Origin: Escherichia phage GertrudWoker_Bas73
DNA: 43,856 nucleotides
Direction: 5' to 3' (one strand)
Sequence record: PQ850603.1
Shown here: positions 27,529-34,259 of the stretch, piece by piece
Numbering within the stretch: position 1 is the stretch's first letter
Layout of the letters: each line of letters begins with the position of its first letter
Program-made: the position numbers and the translations under genes
The notes under the pieces: generated by a model
What the model saw: the letters and a program-made list of their open reading frames with translations, nothing else
Told to the model about the DNA's origin: nothing
Databases searched by the model: none

Positions 27529-28213
27529 CTCTACATTCTCCTTCAGGCCACCTATTAGGAAAAGACGGTATATGTGAAACTTCTCTCGCCGCTTTTATTC
27601 TTTTAATGGTGGGACCTATCTCCGTAACCATTTCAATGAATGTAAACCGGTGTCCTCTGGTAAGATTACATGTCTGACAACAAGAAACGCAGTTAGATAC
27701 TATGTGCCCGCTTGTATTATCTATGCGGTCTACCCCGACTTTTGTAGTGCTTCCGCAATAATGGCATGGCTGTGATATTAGTTTAATAACGCTTTCCAGT
27801 GTTAAATCGCAGATAAGCCCTTTTCCTGAATCTGCTCTTTTGTATCCTAACAAAAGCGCGTACGCCCGCGTCCTTTGGTCCTTATTCACCCGTTCCCTGC
27901 GTTGCTTGTTGAGACACTCCCGGCAATCTTTCCTGATATGAGAGCCATTACTTTTATTTCCTTTCCTGAAGTTTTCCTCTGTTAAAGGTTTTACCTCCCC
28001 ACACTTTCTGCATTTAACAGGCTTCCCAGTGAAAACATACCAAGGGCTTTCTCGTCTGGATTTACCTTGTAATTTAAGTTTTTCGTCATACTTTTCCTTC
28101 CTGTTAGCATTTACACACTCTTTACACCAGCGTTGCAGCCCGAGGCGCGTTGACTTTGAAAAATACTCTGTAGTCGCCGGTTTATCTTCGCCGCATCTTG
28201 AACACTTTTTCAT
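27518..28213 (-). CDS. HNH endonuclease (homing endonuclease-like) with N-terminal zinc-ribbon repeats
   Basis: 'CHYCGSTTKVGVDRIDNTSGHIVSNCVSCCQTCN' HNH motif; two 'CxxCGxxKP...CxECxN' repeats; AT-rich versus flanks; track start TTG 28225, ATG 28213 with GGAG RBS preferred. Confidence 0.7.
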   Translation of the reverse strand: MKKCSRCGEDKPATTEYFSKSTRLGLQRWCKECVNANRKEKYDEKLKLQGKSRRESPWYVFTGKPVKCRKCGEVKPLTEENFRKGNKSNGSHIRKDCRECLNKQRRERVNKDQRTRAYALLLGYKRADSGKGLICDLTLESVIKLISQPCHYCGSTTKVGVDRIDNTSGHIVSNCVSCCQTCNLTRGHRFTFIEMVTEIGPTIKRIKAAREVSHIPSFPNRWPEGECRDAK

Positions 28214-28223
28214 TAATAACTCC

Positions 28224-28259
28224 AAAAAAAAATACCGACATAGCCATTATATCGGTATT
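28224..28259 (-). terminator. terminator-like hairpin between polymerase and HNH genes
   Basis: minus strand: 8-bp stem 'aataccga/tcggtatt' with 13-nt loop followed by 'tttttttt'. Confidence 0.4.
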
Positions 28260-28290
28260 TACATTTTCTACAACGTATTTCCTAAATCTA

Positions 28291-30471
28291 CTACTTGGCG
28301 TATCTGTACATTTCGCTACCTTCTGCTACAAGAGGGAACCCCTCCGCCCACTCCGGTAATTCGCACATCAACCGCTCAAGCTCTGCAACATTGTATTCTG
28401 GCGTATCTGGTGTTTCGCAGATAATTTCGTCGTGTACGTGAAGCACAATAGGATAGCCGTTTGCTTCAACGTTCAGCAGTGCATTGGCCAGCAAATCACG
28501 GCACAGCGCCTGAGTACAGTTTTCCACGAGTTTACCAGAGTAGGTGTACTGGAAGCCCCACTGACGGGTTAACTGGTTCTCCCCCTGGTACTTGATGCGT
28601 ACGTTAGTAGACACTTTTCCATCTTCGTCTGTTTCTTTCGACACGCTTAACCCGACGCCCGGATAAGACATAACGCGACCCGACGGCAACGTCATGCGCA
28701 ACCACCAGCCGGCGACTTTGTTGCCGTTGTTGTCTGTCTCTACGTTGCGCGAAAACTTAACCCCCCTAGGCCCCGCGGTGAACTCTTTACCTGGATTGCG
28801 GATAGCGGCCATAGCTGCGTCTTCAATATCTCGCCAGAAAGCTACTGTTTCAGGGTGTGACTCTCGCCACATACGCTTGATAGCGTCACAGGTACGCCAC
28901 ACTTTCTTATCAAGAATATACGATGGTCGGTCATCCTTCTCCCCGGGTCGCGGCGGTCGCTTGGCTTCCTGAATACGTGCCCATTCATAGCCGCGTGCAG
29001 TAGCCGCCCAGATGTGGTCCGGGAAAGTACCGTCCATTGTTTTTGACATATCAACAAGGTCAAGTCCGAGGTTCTTAGCAAACTGAACGAAAGCGCCAAC
29101 ACCACCAGCGTAGCCGAGGCCAAGCTCGCAGGCTTTACCAATCTGGCGCAAGTCTTTGCGTTCCTTCTTAATGTAATCCGGCTCCATGCCGAACATCTTA
29201 CCCGCGGTTACACAGTAAATGTCCAGCCCGGCGCGGAACGTATCTAGCGCGGTTTCTTCGCCTGCCAGCCACGCAAGCCCCCGACCTTCAACGTTAGAGT
29301 AATCGGCGACGACAAACTTTTTTCCGGCTTCCGGGATAATGCAGCTACGCACCGTCGATGCCGTTAGCTTAGCGACATCGAAACGGCGATGCGCGCGGCC
29401 CTTAAGTAACGCTGAAATACCTTTATCCAGTTCATCATCGTGATAGTACCCACGCGCGAGGTTCTGCGGCTGAAATCCTTTACCGGCAAATCGTAATGTA
29501 CGCTTGGCTCCGCCGTACTGAATGCAACCACGACGGCGGTCGTCCGACGAGCGCCCTAACAGCAGCGGGTTATATTTCGTTGACGCTGTGGACGCGGCCC
29601 CGAGGCGCATTTCGATAATCGTGCGTGCGTCGTCCGGTAAATCATCATCCGCCAACAGGTCGTTAAGCGTAGACTTCTGCGCGTTGTGGATGCGGTGCGC
29701 TGGTGCAAGTTCACGCAGAATCGGCAGGAAGTCTTTACCAGTAAGCGAGCCGCCGTATTTGCGCTGTGCTTCTTCCTGTAGCTGGGCCTTGTGTTTTTCC
29801 ACGGCTTCAATCGCGGCTTCCGCCAGCGTCACATCAACCTTAAACCCACGGTCGTTAATCAACTGGTCCAGTTCCAGTACACGGTCTTCGAACTCGGAGT
29901 TACCCCAACGCGGCAGCTTATGGAAGACTTCACGCATCGCAGTGATGTCGCTCACGGCGTACATGATGAACATCGCCCACTCGTCAGGGTGAGTTTCTGC
30001 GGTGTAGCGGCGGATTTTGTAGTTCTTCGGCGTCGGTTTAGAGAAACGCTTAATCAGAGCCTTGCCGCGTTTATCTTTCGCGTTGTCTGCAGACACGCCC
30101 AGCACTTCGCACAGCGCATCAAGAGAACCCGGCAGCGCGTGACGGAACGCCCAAATCATAGTATCAATGGTGTTACTTACCGGAATATCAAAGTCCCAGC
30201 AGTGTTTCATGATTAGGCGATCGAAAAGTCCACCGTTGTGCCACACCATCTTGATGCGGCTGTTGGGCTTAACAAGGCGGCGCAGTGCGCGGTGTAAATC
30301 CCCCGGCATGTCGCTGCCGTCGGTGCAATCCCATACCCGCACAGGTTCGTCGTCAAAAGCATATGTACAGATAAGCACTTCTGTAGTTGGGTGTTCGGCG
30401 TAAGCGTAAGAGCCGACTTTCTTTAAATCGGCTTCGGAGAATGTCTCAAAGTCTAAGAACAGGTAACTCAT
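28291..30471 (-). CDS. DNA polymerase I (family A) with 3'-5' exonuclease domain
   Basis: Exo I 'FLDFETFS'; motif A 'DYSNVEGRGLAWLAG'; motif B 'RQIGKACELGLGYAGG'; motif C 'VLHVHDEI'. Confidence 0.9.
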   Translation of the reverse strand: MSYLFLDFETFSEADLKKVGSYAYAEHPTTEVLICTYAFDDEPVRVWDCTDGSDMPGDLHRALRRLVKPNSRIKMVWHNGGLFDRLIMKHCWDFDIPVSNTIDTMIWAFRHALPGSLDALCEVLGVSADNAKDKRGKALIKRFSKPTPKNYKIRRYTAETHPDEWAMFIMYAVSDITAMREVFHKLPRWGNSEFEDRVLELDQLINDRGFKVDVTLAEAAIEAVEKHKAQLQEEAQRKYGGSLTGKDFLPILRELAPAHRIHNAQKSTLNDLLADDDLPDDARTIIEMRLGAASTASTKYNPLLLGRSSDDRRRGCIQYGGAKRTLRFAGKGFQPQNLARGYYHDDELDKGISALLKGRAHRRFDVAKLTASTVRSCIIPEAGKKFVVADYSNVEGRGLAWLAGEETALDTFRAGLDIYCVTAGKMFGMEPDYIKKERKDLRQIGKACELGLGYAGGVGAFVQFAKNLGLDLVDMSKTMDGTFPDHIWAATARGYEWARIQEAKRPPRPGEKDDRPSYILDKKVWRTCDAIKRMWRESHPETVAFWRDIEDAAMAAIRNPGKEFTAGPRGVKFSRNVETDNNGNKVAGWWLRMTLPSGRVMSYPGVGLSVSKETDEDGKVSTNVRIKYQGENQLTRQWGFQYTYSGKLVENCTQALCRDLLANALLNVEANGYPIVLHVHDEIICETPDTPEYNVAELERLMCELPEWAEGFPLVAEGSEMYRYAK

Positions 30472-30486
30472 TATTTTCGACCCTTA

Positions 30487-30511
30487 GTAAAAAGGCCCAA
30501 TGAAGGGCCTT
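30487..30511 (-). terminator. hairpin terminator between SSB and polymerase
   Basis: 'aaggccc aatga agggcctt' flanked by A/T runs. Confidence 0.5.
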
Positions 30512-30530
30512 AGTTAAATTGATTCAGATA

Positions 30531-31157
30531 TTAACGGCGGCGACGTTCGCGGCGAGGTGCTTCATCTTCTTCGTCGTCTTCCAGGTCGTTGACGCTGGCG
30601 GCAACTTTAGAACCACCAAACGCTTTACCTTCGCCGACGTATTTAATTGCCAGCAGGTTAACACCGAGAACTTTGTATTTCTGGCTAAACCAGACTTCCA
30701 CGCTTACGTTGGCAACGCAGCCGCTGTAAACCTGTCCACCTTCAATCTGTTCGCCTTCAACGTTGAAGTCAGGCTCTACTTGAGTTTCACCTTTTTTAGA
30801 GGTTACAATCAGAGGCTGTTTCTGTGCCTTCGCTTTGAAGTAGAAGCCTTCCGGGAAGTCTTCGAACGGATTGTCGCGCTCGGCAATGTCTTTAATCGCA
30901 CATTTATCCATGTGCTTACCTTCGCCGTAGTTGGACTTCATCCATTTCTCGGCAGCGGCGGCGCCTAACGCTTCTTCGACTACCGCGTAAACGGTGTCGT
31001 AGAGCGCGTCGATTTGCGCGTGGTCGGACGGCAGGATAATAGTAGCGCTGTACTGACCTTTAGTGATTGAGCCATCGTCGTTTTCACGGTCTTTTTCGCG
31101 TTCGAATACGTTAACCCAGGCAGTGTTTACTTTACGCAGATTTAATTTCAGTCCCAT
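30531..31157 (-). CDS. ssDNA-binding protein (T7 gp2.5-like)
   Basis: OB-fold-like 'FYFKAKAQ', 'QIEGGQVYSGCVANVSVEVWFSQKYKVLGVNLLAIKYVGEG' resembling gp2.5; acidic 'DLEDDEEDE' then basic 'RRERRRR' tail. Confidence 0.55.
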   Translation of the reverse strand: MGLKLNLRKVNTAWVNVFEREKDRENDDGSITKGQYSATIILPSDHAQIDALYDTVYAVVEEALGAAAAEKWMKSNYGEGKHMDKCAIKDIAERDNPFEDFPEGFYFKAKAQKQPLIVTSKKGETQVEPDFNVEGEQIEGGQVYSGCVANVSVEVWFSQKYKVLGVNLLAIKYVGEGKAFGGSKVAASVNDLEDDEEDEAPRRERRRR

Positions 31158-31205
31158 TTGATTTCTCGCTTTTCAGTTTCAGTTTACTCCGGGATCTGCC
31201 CGGCC

Positions 31206-31234
31206 AGTGATTAGAACTATAATAGCTAACTATT
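31206..31234 (-). promoter_or_regulatory. sigma70-like promoter TTGACA-N17-TATAGT with AATAGctaaCTATT palindrome
   Basis: minus strand 'TTGACAcatgaatagttagctatTATAGT' ~45 nt upstream of SSB start. Confidence 0.5.
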
Positions 31235-31433
31235 CATGTGTCAAATAAAATTTTGCAATAGGGATTATGTTCTCGAAATTAAGCATATTGGCCGGTTCGA
31301 ACTCATCCTCTACAGGGTCGTATCGCATCATGGTACCGTTCAAGAACGTGAACGATTCCGAGTGTAGATACCCATCCCAGCGCCATACCATCAAAAAATC
31401 TTTATCAGTCGGCATTTCATTTACTTGAATCAT
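31230..31433 (-). CDS. hypothetical protein (67 aa from ATG at 31433)
   Basis: ATG overlaps exonuclease stop (ATGA) and is preceded by 'GAGGAGGA' SD formed by the exonuclease C-terminal codons; track start 31463. Confidence 0.45.
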   Translation of the reverse strand: MIQVNEMPTDKDFLMVWRWDGYLHSESFTFLNGTMMRYDPVEDEFEPANMLNFENIIPIAKFYLTHE

Positions 31434-32725
31434 TCTAAATCCTCCTCTGTAACTTGATTCCACTCAGGACGTGTGTCATCCGCCGTTGCGACGCATGGCG
31501 CACCGGGCTTACGGGTAATGAAGTCTTTCAGTTCTTCTTCCGGTACAATTTTAACCGCTTCGGTCGGTGTCATAAGAACTACCTTTTGCAGCATAGTACC
31601 GTACTTCTCGAATACTGCGTCGGTATCTTTCCACGCACGATTACCGGGGCGACCTTCAACCAGTTTGTATCCTGGCACTTTCTTACCTGAATGCAAAGCA
31701 GCAGCCATCGCTTTCTCAACCTTGTCGATGTGCTGGCGCAACAACGGCAGCTTCTCATACTCAGCGACGAGTTGCTCTGGCGTAAGTTCCAGCGCACAGT
31801 CGTCCTCAAGTTCTTCCGCCAGTACCGCGTTAACGGTTTTTGTACGAGCTGCGCACTGTTCCGAGAAACGACACCACTGACAACCATCTACCGACGGCTT
31901 GAAGTCCGACGCTTTAAGGTTCTTCTTGCCACGGGAATAAGCATCAAGGGCTAACAGCGCTCGTTTCCGCGCGAACTTAGCGAACAGCTCCAGACCTTCA
32001 ACCGAGATGTCCCATTCCGACGCGCCTCCAGCATACGGCTGGAAGATGACCAGACGAACCACGGTGATGTTATAACGTCTCTTGAGTCGGCGATAAACAC
32101 CGAGAGCGTAAAGCATAAGCTGCTTGTTTTCTTTCGCCTCGACACGATGCCGCCCTGTTTTCAGGTCGCCAATAATGAGCATGTGCTCGTCGGTGTTAGC
32201 CAGTTCCTGAACGGCAACAAGGTCAGCGGTTCCGAACGTCTCTAAATCATCTTCATCGCCGTCTTCGCTATCAATAGGTACTTTGTACCCTGGGTGCAAT
32301 ACCTGAGTAAGATTTACCCGCATTTCCAGCTTGGCGTAAGTCGCTACATCGATAATCGCCTTACAATAGTCAGTGTACTTGCGCACCTGCTCAATCATAT
32401 CCGCCGTAATCAGTACCGCGCCTTTCATTGGGCTGATTAGTGCCTTAATCTGGCCTTTACCCTCATCCAGCACGTAAGCACCGACTTCACGCTCTAACGG
32501 CAACGCAGTGCCTTTGATGTACTGGTTTAGGTGCATCTCCGCTATTGTGTGCATGGCCGTACCTAATACAGCAGCTTTACCCGACGTGTTAGGAATATCT
32601 TTTTCACAGGCCAGTGATGCGGCGCAGCTTAGCCACTTTTTAGCACCGGATGGCGACAATAAGGCGTGTACATCGTTATTACCGCCGCGTTCTTTAAGAA
32701 TCATTCTTCTACCCTCTCCACCCAA
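31430..32725 (-). CDS. PD-(D/E)XK exonuclease (Cas4/RecB-like, Cys cluster)
   Basis: 'IIGDLKTG' and 'NKQLMLYALG' nuclease motifs; C-terminal 'CQWCRFSEQC'; C-terminal tail 'TEEDLE'; start possibly at internal Met 7 codons in. Confidence 0.65.
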   Translation of the reverse strand: MGGEGRRMILKERGGNNDVHALLSPSGAKKWLSCAASLACEKDIPNTSGKAAVLGTAMHTIAEMHLNQYIKGTALPLEREVGAYVLDEGKGQIKALISPMKGAVLITADMIEQVRKYTDYCKAIIDVATYAKLEMRVNLTQVLHPGYKVPIDSEDGDEDDLETFGTADLVAVQELANTDEHMLIIGDLKTGRHRVEAKENKQLMLYALGVYRRLKRRYNITVVRLVIFQPYAGGASEWDISVEGLELFAKFARKRALLALDAYSRGKKNLKASDFKPSVDGCQWCRFSEQCAARTKTVNAVLAEELEDDCALELTPEQLVAEYEKLPLLRQHIDKVEKAMAAALHSGKKVPGYKLVEGRPGNRAWKDTDAVFEKYGTMLQKVVLMTPTEAVKIVPEEELKDFITRKPGAPCVATADDTRPEWNQVTEEDLE

Positions 32726-32809
32726 GCATCGTCAAAAGTATCAAAATCAGGATTATCGTATGCTGCGTACGCGTCATCTACATCCGAGTATCGACTGTGC
32801 TCGTAATCT

Positions 32810-33109
32810 TTACCGCCAATTGAGTACATAACTGCAAACATTCCGTACCTCCCACTGGTCAATTAAATGCCGTGTCTTATGGTCGCAGTGTAGGGCCCAG
32901 CCGTACATCGACTCGAAGACATAAAAGTCAGGCTTGGCGAAAGTCGTGCGCTTAATATGCGACACGTGACAGCCTATATCTTTGGGCCGCGGTACTTTGC
33001 CTAAGTACGCCATCTCTTCCATCTGGTGCGCACCTGACGGCGCACGTAACAGCCATAGCGCCTCTGTGTTATCCCGCCTGTCGACGGCGCGGTAGAGTTG
33101 GTAAATCAT
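32810..33109 (-). CDS. hypothetical protein
   Basis: 99 aa minus-strand ORF in replication operon. Confidence 0.4.
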   Translation of the reverse strand: MIYQLYRAVDRRDNTEALWLLRAPSGAHQMEEMAYLGKVPRPKDIGCHVSHIKRTTFAKPDFYVFESMYGWALHCDHKTRHLIDQWEVRNVCSYVLNWR

Positions 33110-33152
33110 AATTCAGACCCTCAGTTAAAGCGGCCCGAAGGCCGCGGGATAG

Positions 33153-33653
33153 TTATTCTTCTTCGAAATACTTGTTCTTGATTGCCGTCAGGCGTTCCAG
33201 GTATTCGGCCAGGTCTTCGTCTTTAATCGCGGCAATCTTCATCTTCTTACCGGTGAACTCTTCCAGCAGTTCATCAGAATCATCGCACGCGGCATCGCTC
33301 GGACCTTCGTTAATTGCATCGTCGATAGCCTGAATCTGGTCGCGCAGAGACTTATAGTCTACTTCTTCTTTCTCTTCTTCCGGCTCTGGCGTCGTTTCCT
33401 CTACTTTAGCTTTACGCGGCTTGCGTTTTGGCTTCTCTTCCTCCGCCGGTTTAGTGTCAACTACGTCTTCACCTTCAACCGGGATTTCTTTTGTTGCTTC
33501 TTCAGCGCACTCAGCTACCGCTTCTTTGGTGTACGATACCGTCTCTACTTCCAGCGGCGTGGCAACCTGAACAACTTGTTTCGCACTGTTCGCGGCAATC
33601 AGTTCGTGCGCAACTACGAAACGTTCCAGTAATACTAAGAATTTCTCTAACAT
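33153..33653 (-). CDS. hypothetical acidic protein
   Basis: 166 aa with Glu/Asp-rich stretches 'PEPEEEKEEVDY', 'DDSDELLEEF'. Confidence 0.45.
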   Translation of the reverse strand: MLEKFLVLLERFVVAHELIAANSAKQVVQVATPLEVETVSYTKEAVAECAEEATKEIPVEGEDVVDTKPAEEEKPKRKPRKAKVEETTPEPEEEKEEVDYKSLRDQIQAIDDAINEGPSDAACDDSDELLEEFTGKKMKIAAIKDEDLAEYLERLTAIKNKYFEEE

Positions 33654-33677
33654 TATTTATTCTCCTGTTTATTTGGG

Positions 33678-33905
33678 CTACTCGCCGTCGCCTTCTGTAA
33701 GGCTATCGTCTATTAATTCAAATTTACCGTTTGGGTGTTGAATAGCTTCTTGCCCGCAATGGTCGCAGACAACAAGTTTATCGAACCCATCAAACTCATC
33801 CCCTACTACGCAAGAAAGTACAAATTTATGTTTTGTGCACACTTCTTGCGGAGCGCCGAAAATTGCTCGAAAACCTTTAGCTATGGCCCCAGTGATTGTG
33901 TTCAT
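33678..33905 (-). CDS. small zinc-ribbon-like protein
   Basis: 75 aa with Cys pairs 'CTKH...C' and 'CDHC'; preceded by promoter 33934-33962. Confidence 0.45.
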   Translation of the reverse strand: MNTITGAIAKGFRAIFGAPQEVCTKHKFVLSCVVGDEFDGFDKLVVCDHCGQEAIQHPNGKFELIDDSLTEGDGE

Positions 33906-33933
33906 ATCTGCCCCTCTCGTTTGGTATGGGCTA

Positions 33934-33962
33934 ACTATAATAGCGAACTATTCACATGTCAA
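33934..33962 (-). promoter_or_regulatory. sigma70-like promoter TTGACA-N17-TATAGT with AATAGcgaaCTATT palindrome
   Basis: minus strand 'TTGACAtgtgaatagttcgctatTATAGT'; the same region on + strand carries 'TATAAT' facing the Cro-like gene. Confidence 0.5.
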
Positions 33963-34026
33963 TGGGCTTTTCTAAAATAATTAATATGGTACTATTCACA
34001 TATCAACTGACTAAGGAGTAATTGAC

Positions 34027-34242
34027 ATGCAACCATCTGAACTAGGCATCCGTGTAGAACAACGCCGCAAAGAACTCGGCATCTCCCAGCGCCGTTTGGC
34101 GGCCCTGACCGGCGTTTCCCAGGGCGCGATTAACCAACTGGCACTTGGAGTAACTCAGGACGTCCGCCCGGCAACGCTGTTCAAACTGGCGGAAGTTCTG
34201 GAAGTAGACGCCAAGTGGCTGGCGTTAGGTGAAGGGGCTTAA
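34027..34242 (+). CDS. HTH XRE-family (Cro/CI-like) transcriptional regulator
   Basis: 71 aa; 'ISQRRLAALTGVSQGAINQLALG' classic HTH; RBS 'aaggag'; only + strand gene in the leftward block. Confidence 0.75.
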   Translation: MQPSELGIRVEQRRKELGISQRRLAALTGVSQGAINQLALGVTQDVRPATLFKLAEVLEVDAKWLALGEGA

Positions 34243-34257
34243 AGCCCCTTTCTTTTT
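34233..34257 (+). terminator. rho-independent terminator after Cro-like gene
   Basis: 'aggggc ttaaa gcccct' followed by 'ttctttttt'. Confidence 0.6.
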
Positions 34258-34259
34258 AC

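Noticed and set aside
31285-31305. tRNA-like T-loop sequence 'ggttcgaactc'
   Set aside because: No flanking acceptor or anticodon stems could be built and it lies inside a coding ORF; judged a chance match. No tRNA genes were recognised anywhere in the window.
32691-32762. Apparent frame inconsistency between my hand translation and the ORF track around the exonuclease start
   Set aside because: My base-by-base reading gave a one-base offset (an 'a' near 32701 versus 32760) relative to the track translations on both strands. The numbering is consistent on either side, so I attribute this to my own reading error rather than a real frameshift; small-ORF coordinates nearby are approximate.
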